Shown here: piece after piece, positions 13,060-24,342 of the stretch
How positions within the stretch are numbered: position 1 is the first letter of the stretch
Layout: each line of letters begins with the position of its first letter
Source: Chiloscyllium plagiosum
Lineage: Eukaryota
Assembly: GCF_004010195.1 (NCBI RefSeq)
Contig: NC_057720.1
Coordinates: forward strand, 35,573,847-35,620,821
Reading direction: 5' to 3'
DNA: 46,975 nt
Translations under genes and position numbers: made by a program
The notes under the pieces: model-generated
Told to the model about the DNA's origin: nothing
What the model saw: the letters and a program-made list of their open reading frames with translations, nothing else
Databases searched by the model: none

Positions 13060-13355
13060 TCCACCATTACATCCCACTACCTTATGCTCTTGTCCTTGCC
13101 AACACACACAATTCAAAATTGTCATCATCAATTTCAAGTCTCTCCGTAGATACATCAGTGCCTATCCCAGCAATCTCCTTCAACCTACATCGAAATAGTA
13201 TTGCTCTTCATGCTCTGGTTTCCTTTGAATTCCTGACTTGTCTTAGTTTTATTGTCAGTGACAAACCTTTACACTATCCAGGCCTGGCACTCTGGTATTC
13301 ATTCCTTAATTCCCTCAAACTTGCTTCTTCCATTCCATCTTCAAATACCTGCTTA
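13060..13355 (+). mobile_element. L2-clade LINE C-terminal fragment, degenerate
   Basis: Decayed match to the L2 ORF2 end (LHWLPV..RI.FKI....FKSL..L.P.Y...LL.PY...LWNSLP): cacacaattcaaaattgtcatcatcaatttcaagtctctcc...ctctggtattcattcctt. Confidence 0.55.
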
Positions 13356-14069
13356 CAATTTGCTTGTGTAAGAGTGTACATTTGCACACTCCTGTTCAAT
13401 GGCCATGCCTACTTTTACTGATACAATTAAAACAACAACGTGCTGAATATTTTGTTAGTTTAATGCAGAGATAACAATAATATAGTAAAATCCTTCATCA
13501 TTTCTTTCACATACCTTTTTACAATTTTTAAAAACTCCCTTTATTCTTTTCATCAATGAAACAATAAGTGATTTCAAAAGGAAATTGGATAGGAACTTGC
13601 AAGGAACAAAGTTGCAAAGCTTTGGATATAAAACATGGAAATGGGTTTGGCTGTCTTACTCAACACAGAGTGAACTTGACAAATGGAATGCCCTCTTTCT
13701 GTCCCATTTGACTTTATGGTACCATACAAAGCACAAGCCCAGACTGATAAAAAAAGGTAAATTAGTGCAGAACTTCCAATGTTTCTAATGTGATTATTCA
13801 TGTTGTCCCCACTTTCATTCAACTTTAAAATGTAAAAATGTTCAATCCAAGAAGATAATTAAGGCATACTTAAACAAACACTGAATTGCTAGTGATTTGA
13901 CTCCATGGACATAGATTTTGAAATTTACCAGCAACGCTTGAGATCCATTGTGTGTGTTTATGGCAAAGTCATACTGCAATGCTTGTGCTTTGGGAAACAT
14001 ACTGCAATGCTTGTGATTTCTACTATTTTAAGCATTAGTGAATTAAATCCAAACTTTCCGGCACCCAGA

Positions 14070-14720
14070 ATACAGCAGCTTCTGTTTTATATGCTCCCAT
14101 TAACACGAAAAGATGCCCCAAAGCACTTTGTGAACAGGATAGAGGAAAATGGACGCAAAACCTGAAAGTATAGATTAGAAGAGATACCTGGAAGCTAAGT
14201 TGACAAGATTAGTCTTGCAAATCTTTTTATAAAGGAAAATCTTAAGGCAGGAGTTTCAAAGCATAGGAGTGAGATGACTGAAGGCTCTGCCATAATTGGT
14301 GGGTTGAAGGGAAAGCATGATGCCAAGCAGACAAAAGTTATGAATTTAAAATACTGATTTTCTAGAAACGTGGTGGAGATCAGCAAGGTGGATGATGAGC
14401 ATATAGCAATTAGTATGGAACAAGATAAATGTGTCTGTGGTGGTGTTTTAAGCAGGTGGTTGATCAAGGCCTTAGTGTTTGGGTAGTTGAGTCTGCAAAG
14501 AAAAATGGAGTTCAGGAGTTGTGTAGCTGATAAAAGTTGTGGAAGTTTGCAATATTAAGGTGGTGAAAATTAGCGAGCTTAGTGATGTGGGCTTAAAGTT
14601 CAGTTGATTGCCAGTGGTCAAGTTCAACCTGAGGCTGTACTTATGGAAGAGAATTAATTATATATCAGGAAACTAAGGGTTGTGGTTGGGGCCAGTGACA
14701 GTGGCTTGGGTTTTGCAAAT
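14070..14720 (-). mobile_element. L2-clade LINE 3' fragment, degenerate
   Basis: Starts with a reverse L2 tail (cagcttctgttttatatgctcccattaacacgaaaagatgccccaaagcacttt) followed by a purine-rich antisense body. Confidence 0.5.
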
Positions 14721-15087
14721 ATAGGTTACAAATGCTTGAAGCATTTACAGTGTCATCTTTCAGGCGGATATCTGTTATGGATTGTGTCAGGATGACTTGT
14801 TAAATAATGTAGATAAATTGTTAAGAAAGTAGACATACTTGCTTTTTGTAAATTTGGAAACTTGGGAATATTATTTGATCAATGTAGATAAAACATAATG
14901 AACTTCAAAATATAATTAACAACCTGCAGATCTGATTACTATTTTCTAAAGAACTCACTCATCAATTCACTATCCTAGCTAAGAATCAACTCTGTGCTGT
15001 GAGAATTAAGTTGAATTTTCAGTTGATAACCATGTAGATTTAATTAGATGATTAGTGTAATACTGTTGTTGTTATATGTTCCTTGCA

Positions 15088-15385
15088 TAACAGCAACTTA
15101 TATTTGTATAGCTCCTTCAACTTAGTAAACTGTCCCAAGGCATTTCAAAGGAGTGGTATCAAATAAACCTCTTTACTGAGAAACATTAGGAGATATCTGG
15201 AAAGGCAGGCAAATACTTGATTAATGAATTAGCTTTTAATAAACTTGTTACAATATATGAGAGATGAAGATGTTTAGGAAAGAACTTCCATAGCTTTCAA
15301 TCTTGATAGCATGACAACCATTGATAGAGTGCTTTAGCTGGAGATGCTGAGGAGGACTGAATTCAAGAAGCCCAGATATCTCTGA
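15088..15385 (-). mobile_element. L2-clade LINE 3' end
   Basis: caacttatatttgtatagctccttcaacttagtaaactgtcccaaggcatttca is the reverse complement of the tail type ...gaaaggtgctatataaatg seen at ~42057-42080. Confidence 0.6.
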
Positions 15386-15839
15386 GCAAAATCAACAAAC
15401 AAAACAATTAATTTTTCTTTTCTATATTTGCTGGAAGGTTAAACTTTATAGATTGTTTTTTTTTAAACCTTTGTGTAGCAAAGACACTCTGCACTACTCT
15501 TTTGCTCCCTATTCCTGTTAAAATTAAACTCAGGAATAATGTACACCAGGGACTGGTGTCTACTAATATGAGAAAAAAAATTAAATTGGTTTTAGATTGA
15601 TAACTTGAGCTAAAAATGTTTGAATTCCTAGTGAAATGATATTTGACTACCCCTCTCTTCATAGTTCCTTTTTAAAGCCTCAAACAATCCTGCGTGGGTT
15701 TCTATGGAGCTTGTAGTTAGGCATGGGTTAATATCCTATGACACCTGCAGTGAGGATCGTTGGTGGTGCTATTGTCAGTTTTCCTGAGGACTAGGTTGTT
15801 CTTTGTGTTGCTGGCAAATAAATGAAGAAGAGAAAGTGG

Positions 15840-17060
15840 TTCTTCCCTATCAGTTACGACAGATAGGTCAACATCTGTACGTGACATGACAAATTGGGCC
15901 TCTTTGACAATTATGGCAAAGGAGGGCAGCTGAGGGTTGTGTGGGTGGGAGGCAGCTGTGGGGGAAGTGAGGCCAAAGAACGCTGAAAGATTGGTTGATT
16001 ATTTTCACTTTATTTCTCGCTCAAAAACATTTAATTAAGCTGCACACCTTCTAATTGGACAATATACCGTCATTGCCATTTTGGGTGTGTGTGCATATGT
16101 GGAGAGAAGTGGGAACAGTTTCTTTGGTAACTTTTTTGGAAAAAAGACATAAAACACAGAGCAGAATCGCTGCTTTGTTCCATCTCCTGTCGTTTTCTTT
16201 GTAGCTGTTTACTATACTTGTTTGTCCAGCGGTGGTTATAATGTTTAGACAAGCTCCATGCCAAGCAATTAATTAAGGCTTAAAGGAGCATTTTCACAGC
16301 AGCTAGTGAAGAGAACCAATAATTACTGAGAAAAAGGAATGCGAGAACGACAGAAATTCGGAGAGAAGAGATAGTAGCCTAGAGAGTTTTGTGTGTGTAT
16401 CTGACAGCACACTTGCTTCAGCTCTCTAATTTTGACCATTATTTACCGAGAAATAATTGGTGATCTAGTTCTTTTTACCCCATTGGCCTGTCAAAACAAA
16501 CATTTTATACACTCCTCATCCTGTGAAAAATTGGTGGAAACATATTGATTTTTGTCAGCCCACCTCTGGACTCCAAGCTGATGACCTGACAGCTGACTTA
16601 ATGCTTAAACATACTACCTCAGGAGTGGCAGTTACTGACTGGCAGAGCATGACGCCTGCTGAGAGGTAGATCCTGGCTCCTTACATACTGCCATCACTGA
16701 AGTGCGGTTTACAGCTACTTTCTGACACTGTAAATTAGCTGCGAGTTCCAATTTGCTGTCTGATCTATAACACGCTGTCGAGAAAAATCCAAAAGGCAGC
16801 TGCTCAGGCTCTGGATTTTTTGTTTATTGGCAGAGTTGTTTTTTCTTGCTTCTACTACTGGGAAGGGCTAGAAATTCTTCTCCTGCCGCATTCGGTTATC
16901 TATTTATTCAGCTTGAGCAGCCGGCATACTGTCATTTTTGTATCACTCTGGGAACTATAAACTTAACTGAGAATATTTTTTTCATGCTGAAAGCTTTCAT
17001 CTGTCTGGCCTTGTTTAGCTTGCCAACAATAAGCAAAGGGAACATACAGATGTAAAAGGG
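15840..17060. promoter_or_regulatory. Putative cluster of conserved non-coding / enhancer elements
   Basis: ~1.2 kb without recognisable TE. Four TGACAG/CTGTCA sites (16402, 16488, 16587, 16929), TTAATTAA/TAATT homeodomain-type sites (~16031, ~16270), E-boxes and retained CpGs. Confidence 0.4.
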
Positions 17061-17889
17061 AAGTTTACTTGAGATTAGTTTTTTTTTTGTAACACTTTCA
17101 TTTTATTCCTTCTTAGATTTTAGTTCTCAACAATGTTTATCCTTTTGATTCTAAAGTTAAGTGAATAACTTGCAAAAGAGACATTGCAACAATTTTGCTA
17201 GAGGCACACTATTGTTGTAGGATCAATGATCCCAATCTAAGGTTTCTGATTTTCCCAATTTTCTGTCCACAACAAGTGGTCTGACTTCTGCAGGGCTGTA
17301 TTTCCACTTGCGTACCAGGTAGCCAAGTGGCACTTTCTCATAAGCAAATGCAGACAGAAAGACTTTAAATGCTATGATACTTTGGGAGTGGACACTGTAG
17401 GCCCAGTTCCTGCTTTTCTGCAAATGTGAGGATTTTCCAAGGAGGATGATTAGGTACTGTTTGGGAATGGGAATGCTAACTGGATTTTCTGAAAGACCAC
17501 AGATCCAACCCTTTAGGCCTCCAATGTGCCTTAGCCCTCCAATTGCTTCAGCTAGCCAATCCTGTGATTCATTTTCCCTCTCAGATCTGATTTCCCTACT
17601 TCTTCAGGTTTAAAATCACTGCTCCTCCTTCCTAAGACTCTGGGGTCTGACCATCCCAATCACTACTTCATATGTTATTGAAGGAGAGATTCTGGAATAC
17701 ATATTGACTTCCCATACCCAACAAACATTCATACTAAACTCCTGCACACTCCACTTTGATGAACTAACCATTGTGTCCATATGGCTAAAAATAATTCCAT
17801 CCATATGGACAGAGACAGCCAATATTGAGGACGACCCCAGGAGTCTTGAGAAGTTCTATGGAACATCTCCTGAACTGTAGCCTCAATCA

Positions 17890-18112
17890 AACTGCCACCC
17901 TTTGGTCCAACCTGTCCATACTGACCACATTTCCAAAACTAAACTCCTCCCACTTGCCTGCATTTGGCCCATATCCCTCTAAACCTTTCCTATTTGCATA
18001 CCTGTCCAAATGTCTTTTAAATGTTGTAACTATACCTGCATCTACCATTTCTTCTGGCCATTCATTCCATACACCACCCTCTGTGAAAAATTTGCCCCTC
18101 AGGCCCATTTAA
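17890..18112 (-). mobile_element. CR1 LINE 3' part (host element, continued at 21131-21845)
   Basis: ORF 17887-18108: LRGKFFTEGGVWNEWPEEMVDAGIVTTFKRHLDRYANRKGLEGYGPNAGKW. Confidence 0.88.
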
Positions 18113-20049
18113 ATCCTCCAAGGGCGAAGGTAAAGAGCCAGAGGTGGTGGTACATGTCGGCACAAATGATGTCGGGAAGAAGAGGAGGAACATACTATAG
18201 CAGGACTTCGGAGAACTAGGAAGAAGGCCGAAAAACAGGCCGTCCAGGGTGGTTATCTCCAGTTTGCTTCCAGTTCCTCAGGCTGGAGAGGCCAGGGACC
18301 GGGAGATAATGGTCTGGAATGTGTGGCTGGGGAACTGGTGTAGGAAGCAAGGATTTAAATTCTTGGATCACTGGGGTATGTTTTGTGGTAAGCATAAATT
18401 ATACAAAAGAGACAGTTTGCATCTTAATAGGTTGGGGACCAGCATTCTGGCAGGCAGGTTTGCTACTGCAACACAGCTGCATTTAAACTAAATAGTGGGG
18501 GGAGGGGAGAGGCTCTTTTGGAAATTGGCAGCTACGATATTGTGGGGATAACTGAGACGTGGCTTCAAGTGGATAGGGCCTGGGAAATGAATATTCAAGG
18601 CTATATGTGCTATCATAAGGACAGACTGACGGGCAGAGGGGGTGGGGTGGCACTTTTGGTAAGGGATGATATTCAGTCCCTTGCGCGGGGGGACTTAGAA
18701 TCAGGGGATGTAGAGTCAGTATGGATAAAGCTGAGAAATTCTAAGGGTACAAAGACCCTCTTGGGAGTTATCTACAGGCCCCCAAACAGTAGTATGGATC
18801 TAGGGTGTAAGTTGTATAAGGAGCTGAAATTGGCCTGTTGCAAAGATGTTACTACAGTTGTTATGGGGGATTTCAACATGCAGGTAGACTGGGAGAATCA
18901 GGATGGTATTGGACCTCAAGAAAGAGACTTTGTGGAGTGCCTCCAAGATGGATTCTTAGAACAGCTGGTGCTGGAGCCTACTAGGGAGAAGGCAATTCTG
19001 GATCTGGTATTGTGCGACGAACGAGAATTGGTCAAGGACCTCGAAGTGAAGGAGCCATTAGGAGGGAGTGACCATAATACAATAAGCTTCAATCTGCAAT
19101 TTGAAAGGGAAAGGGTACAATCAGTAGTGACAATATCTCAGTTGAATAAAGGGAACTATGGAGCTATGAGGGAGGAGCTGGCCAAAGTTCAATGGAGCAA
19201 TACATTAGCAGGGATGACAGTGGAGGAACAATGGCGGATATTTCTGGGTATAATGCAGAAGATGCAGGATCAGTTCATTCCAAAAAGGAAGAAAGATCCT
19301 AGGAGGAGGCATGGGTGGCCGTGGCTGACGAGGGAAGTTAAAAAACCTATAAAGTCAAAAGAGAAAAAGTATAACATAGCAAAGATGAGTGGAATAACGG
19401 AGGACTGGGAAGCTTTTAAAGAACAACAGAGGATTACTCAGAAGGAAATACGCAGAGAAAAAATAAGGTATGAAGGTATACTGGCCAAAAATATAAAGGA
19501 GGATAGTAAAAGCTTTTTTAGGTATGTGAAAGGGAAANNNNNNNNNNNNNNGAATTGGTGTTGGAGAGACTGTTAGGTCTGAAGGTCAGTAAGTCCCCGG
19601 GGCCTGATGGTCTACATCCCAGAGTACTGAAGGAGGTGGCTCTAGAAATCGTGGATAAGTTGGTGATTATTTTCCAGAGATTGATAGATTTGGGATCTGT
19701 TCCTGCGGATTGGAGGGTGGCTAATGTTGTACCACTTTTTAAGAAAGGAGCGAGAGAGAAAGCAGGAAATTATAGACCAGTTCGTCTGACCTCAGTGGTG
19801 GAAAAGATGCTGGAGTCTATTATAAATGATGAAATTACGGCACATCTGGATAGCAGTAACAGGATCAGTCAGAGTCAACATGGATTTATGAAGGGGAAAT
19901 CATGCTTGACTAATCTTCTAGAATTTTTTGAGGATGTAACTCTGAAGATGGACAAGGGAGATCCAGTGGATGTAGTGTACCTGGACTTTCAGAAAGCCTT
20001 TGATAAAGTCCCACATAGGAGGTTAGTGAGCAAAATTAGGGCGCATGGT

Positions 20050-20280
20050 ATTAGATTAGATTAGATTACTTACAGTGTGGAAACAGGCNNNNNNNNNNNN
20101 NNNNNNNNNNNNNNNNNNNNNNNNNNNNNNNNNNNNNNNNNNNNNNNNNNNNNNNNNNNNNNNNNNNNNNNNNNNNNNNNNNNNNNNNNNNNNNNNNNNC
20201 CTGATGGTTCCAAACTCGATCCCTCTACCAATAAAAGCTAGCACACTGTATGTCTCCTTAACAACCCTATCAACCTGGGT
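20050..20280 (-). mobile_element. Nested CR1 fragment with (TCTAA)n tail, spanning the 20089-20199 gap
   Basis: ttagattagattagattacttacagtgtggaaacaggc is a reverse CR1 3' terminus. After the gap the minus strand reads TQVDRVVKETYSVLAFIGRGIEF. Confidence 0.75.
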
Positions 20281-20371
20281 TGAAAAGTGTGGTGTCGGAA
20301 AAGCACAGCAGGCCAGCCAGCATCCGAGGAGCAGGAGAATCGATGTTTCGGGCATAAGCCCTTCATCAGAA
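20281..20371 (-). mobile_element. Solo PLE-tail cassette (partial) with hammerhead motif
   Basis: Reverse complement reads ttCTGATGAagggcttatgcccGAAAcaTCgattctcctgctcctcggatgctggc...ttttcc, homologous to 22432-22562. Confidence 0.85.
20342..20369 (-). ncRNA. Minimal type-I hammerhead ribozyme motif
   Basis: CTGATGA-A-GGGC-TTAT-GCCC-GAAA-CA-TC. Core intact; the ACGT palindrome is mutated to ACAT. Confidence 0.75.
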
Positions 20372-21130
20372 CAGGAAGGCAGATTACTACCTCAATTGAA
20401 TCAATTTAGGTAAAGGGGCAGTACAAAGAGATTTGGGTGTTCTTGTACACCAGTCAATGAAGGTAAGCATGCAGGTACAGCAGGTAGTGAAGAAGGCTAA
20501 TAGCATGCTGGCCTTCATAACAAGAGGGATTGAGTATAGAAGCAAAGAGGTTCTTCTGCAGCTGTACAGGGCCCTGGCGAGACTGCACCTGGAATATTGT
20601 GTGCAGTTCTGGTCTCCAAATTTGAGGAAAGACATTCTGGCTATTGAGGGAGTGCAGCGTAGGTTTACGAGATCAATTCCTGGAATGGCGGGACTATCTT
20701 CTGTTGAAAGTTTGGAGCAACTGGGCTTGTATACCCTTGAGATTAGAAGACTGAGAGGGGATCTGATTGAGACATATAAGATTATTAAAGGATTGGACAC
20801 TCTGGAGGCAGGAAACATGTTTCTGCTGATGGGTGAGTCCCAAACCAGATGACACAGCTTAAAAATACGGGGTAGGCCATTTAGGACAGAGATGAGGAGA
20901 AACGTCTTCACCCAAAGAGTGCTGGGTGTGTGGAATGCTCTGCCCCAGAGGGCAGTAGAGGCCCAGTCTCTGGATTTGTTTAAGAAAGAGTGGAATCAAG
21001 GATAGTGGAATCAAAGGTTATGGAAATAAGGCAGGAACAGGATACTGATTGAGGATGATCAGCCATGATCATAATGAATGGTGGTGCAGGCTCAAAGGGC
21101 AGAATGGCCTACTGCTGCACTATTGTCTAT

Positions 21131-21845
21131 TTCTCCTCTCACCTTAAAATTATGCCTTCTAGTTTTAAACTCTCCCCACCCTGGGGAAAAGATCTTTGCC
21201 ACTCACCTTATATATCCCTCTCATGATTTTATAAACCTCTATAAGGTTCACCCCTCAACTTCTTACACTCAAGTGAAAAAAGTCCCACCCTATCAAGCCT
21301 CTCTTTATAACTCAAACCCTCCAGTCGCGGCAACACCCTTGTAAATATTTTTTGCCCCCTCTCCAATTTAATCATTTCCTTCCTGTAACAGAGCAACCAG
21401 AACTGTGCACAGTACTCCAAGAAGGGCCTCATCAATGTCCTGTACAACCTCAACATGATGTCCCAACTGCTATACTCAAAGGCCTGAGCAATTAATGCAA
21501 ATGTGCTCAATGCCTTCTCAACCACCCTGCCTGTCTGTAATGCAATTTTCAAAGCCCTGACCCCTTAGGTCTCTCTGTTCAACATCACTACCCAGAGCCC
21601 TACCATTCATTGTACAAGCCCTGCTGTTGTTCATTTTACCAAAATCCAAGACCTTACATTTACCAAATTAAACTCCATGTGCCACTCCTTAACCCAATGG
21701 CCAATTGATCAAGTTCCCTTTGTAATCTTACATAATTTTATTCACTGTCCTCTATACCACCAATTTTGGTGGCATCCAGAAGCTGACTAACTAAATTCTC
21801 ATCCAAATTATTTCTATAAATGACAAACAACAATGGACCCAGCAT
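21131..21845 (-). mobile_element. CR1 LINE, upstream part of the element split by the + strand CR1
   Basis: ORF 21229-21552: LYRTLMRPFLEYCAQFW...LERGQKIFTRVLPRLEGLSYKERLDR. The sequence resumes (ttctcctctcaccttaa) where 17890-18112 stops (aggcccatttaaatc); compare the uninterrupted equivalent at ~39140-39190. Confidence 0.88.
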
Positions 21846-22431
21846 GGCTGAAAGCCAAGCTGGACAATGAGACTGGCTTCCAGGTGGAAACCAAGAGGCA
21901 GTGTCACTTGTAAACTTAAAACTATACAGGTTGTAGAAAACCTACCTTCCAGGTTTCCCACAACTTACCAATAAACATTTACTTCCTCCCCTACAAAGCC
22001 TTCAGGTCAGCTTAATATTTGGAAAATGCACTTTAATATTAACACCTTTCAATTTTGCTTTTGAAGATGTTGCATTTATAAGATAAATTGTGAAGAGGAG
22101 AAAAACTTTTAATGATGAGTAACTAGAAAGGGCAAAAGTTGAACATTACTAAACATAGCAGAGATAAATTAGACATTAATATTCATTTACACTAATTGCA
22201 CTCTTTACTGTTCTTATCTCCTTGCAACGTGTTTTCTTTTACAATTCCAGCAATTGACCAAGATACTTATACTGTGAGGTAACCAACACCAACCTTTCCC
22301 TTGAAGGAACAGTGTGGTTTCAGATATGGGAAGACAGCTTATAAAGTTTGTGTTTTGGTAACCATCTCAGTAATAGTGCTGTTCGACAGTATTTCAGCTT
22401 AAGGTCATATCTCTGCAAGAGTTCCTCAAGG

Positions 22432-22562
22432 AATTCCTGAAGAAGGGCTTATGCCCGAAACATCGATTCTCCTGTTACTTGGATGCTGCCTGACCTGCTG
22501 CGCTTTTCTAGCAACACATTTTCAGCTCTGATCTCCAGCATCTGCAGTCCTCACTTTCTCCT
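22432..22562 (+). mobile_element. Solo PLE-tail cassette (~130 bp) with hammerhead motif, inserted in the LINE
   Basis: attcCTGAAGAagggcttatgcccGAAAcaTCgattctcc...ggatgctgcctgacctgctg...ctccagcatctgcagtcctcactttctcc. It interrupts the LINE RT motif. Confidence 0.88.
22437..22464 (+). ncRNA. Minimal type-I hammerhead ribozyme motif
   Basis: CTGAAGA-A-GGGC-TTAT-GCCC-GAAA-CA-TC. Confidence 0.75.
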
Positions 22563-23748
22563 CGAAGTTTTTCTAAGGCCAACCGTCTTCAGCTGCTTCA
22601 TTAAGGACCTTCCCACCATTATAAGGTCAAAAAAGGGAATGATTCCTGGTAATTGCATAATGTTCAGTTCCATTTGCTAAAACAGTCTGAGTCCACATGC
22701 ATTAAGACCAGGACAATATTCAGGCTTGGACTGATAAGTGATAAGTAACATGCTTAGCACGCATGTCAGTTAATGACTGTCTCCAACAATAAACAATCTA
22801 GCCATCTCCCCTTGACATTTAATGGTATTACCATCAATGAATCTCATGCCATTAACATCCTTTGGATTACCATTGACCAGAAATTTCTAAACTGGACAAA
22901 CCACATAAATACTTAGTAACAGGTGCAGATCAAAGGCCAAGAATTCTGCAGAACCCATCTCTTGACTTTCCATAGTCTAAGGTACAAGTTAGAATTTTGA
23001 TGGATTATTCCCTGCTTACCTTGATAAGTTTAGTTTCAGCTGCACTCAATTCAGGACAAAGTAGGGACATGATTGTGGACCATTCACCACTGACACATAG
23101 TGCACACTGCTGCCACTATCTATGAGATGTACTGCAGCAGCCCAAATCTCCTTCAGCAGCATCTTCCAAACTCATACATTTCGAACCCAGAAAGATGAGG
23201 GCAGCAATCACATCAGAACACCACCAACTGGAAGTTCTGTTCCAAGCCTTACACCATTCTGACTTGAAATCATATTGCCATTCTTTCACTGTCACAAATC
23301 GAAGTCCTAGAACCCTGTTCCTAACAGCACTGCGGATCTCTACCAGATGGACTTCAACAGTTCAAGAAGGTAGGTTGTTATGGCCTTCTTTAGGACAACT
23401 TGGAACAAACAACAAATGCAGGAAGTACATCCCATGAAAGAATTTTAAAAATATGCAGCAGATGAGAGAGTGAGTTGAAGGATGTTGTAGAGATGTTTCA
23501 ATTATTATTGTGTTATTTGGAAGGGATGGTGGTTTCTGGGGATATATTGGGTTAATTTGGACATGCTTACATAAAGGTGCGTTGAACTGATTTTTCCTTG
23601 TTCGATCAACATTGGAATTTCAATATTTTAAATTTAAAAAAAGGAAAATGTGTAGTGTCTGCTGCTGGCTGAGCAGGTTAAAGCAATGAGCAAATGAGTT
23701 GTACAAAACTAAGAAGGTCCTAGAGTTAATCTTAAACCTATGCTGAAA

Positions 23749-23968
23749 TACAGGTTGTTCTGCTATAATGCATGTTCTGTTAATGCAAATTTGCTACAAC
23801 ACGATTGGCGAACCGGGGACACTTTCTATAGCACATACATTTAGAGTATGCTTTTGTTATCGCACAATTGCAACCCCATTAATTTAAATGGTGCAGCTAT
23901 TGCATGATTTTCTTATAACATGGGGTTGCACGAGAACGAACTACCATGTTATAACAGAACCAAATGTA
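23749..23968. mobile_element. Tc1/mariner (Tigger/pogo-like) MITE
   Basis: TA-flanked, with imperfect TIRs TAcaggttgttctgctataa ... ttataacagaaccaaatgTA. Shares internal sequence with 34633-34840. Confidence 0.7.
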
Positions 23969-24342
23969 ACTAAATTGATCGAAGCATAATCCACTGACCA
24001 TTCCTCAAAAAATACATATGGACAAGGTTCAATATCCCACTGTGGTGGACCAACCTGAAAATACACTGTCTAAGCTCAAACATTATTATGGTTCGTTAGT
24101 TGAAGCTCAAGATACCTGCTGCCTGCAAAAATATACCTGCTAAAGATGGCCGAAATTGTTGAAGGAGAAGTACAATTTACTTTAAGTGTTACATTGAATC
24201 AGCTGAAAATGCATAATAAAAACATAGATTATTTGATGATTATGTTAGCTGTCTGGCAGCAAAACAGATATTTGCACTGATAACTTAACTTAATCAGGCA
24301 ATATCATACACCCTTTCTCACTGCAGCACAATGACACATTTC

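Larger units (their letters stand above)
18113..21130 (+). mobile_element. CR1 LINE with ORF1 SGNH-esterase remnant and ORF2 (APE endonuclease + RT), internally deleted and interrupted
   Basis: ORF1: EPEVVVHVGTND (~18135-18170) and RDSLHLN. EN: ITETWL, GGGVALLV, GVIYRPP, MGDFN, LDLVL, SDHN. RT: KSPGPDG, YRPVRLTS, QHGF, YLDFQKAFDKVPH. C-terminus: LEYCVQFWSP. 3' UTR gaatggcctact at ~21102. Confidence 0.95.
22360..23445 (+). mobile_element. Degenerate non-LTR LINE (CR1/L2 superfamily), RT 3' half plus tail
   Basis: RVPQG (agagttcctcaagg) ... LRPTVFSCFIKDLPTIIRS..GM (decayed VPQGSVLGP...FINDLP...FADD). Tail gttcaagaagg...acatcccatgaaagaat ends ~23445. Confidence 0.75.

Noticed and set aside
13970..14015. 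18-bp direct repeat CATACTGCAATGCTTGTG with 28-bp period
   Set aside because: Only two units; a simple local duplication, not CRISPR-like.
16600..16622. Minus strand TGAGGTAGTAtgttt matches the first 10 nt of let-7
   Set aside because: There is no complementary star arm or pre-miRNA hairpin on that strand, and a 10-mer match in 47 kb is plausible by chance. It could only be a target site if this were a 3' UTR, for which there is no evidence.
16783..16822. Inverted repeat AAAAATCCA...TGGATTTTT
   Set aside because: A 9-bp AT-rich stem is expected by chance, and terminator logic does not apply to this eukaryotic DNA.
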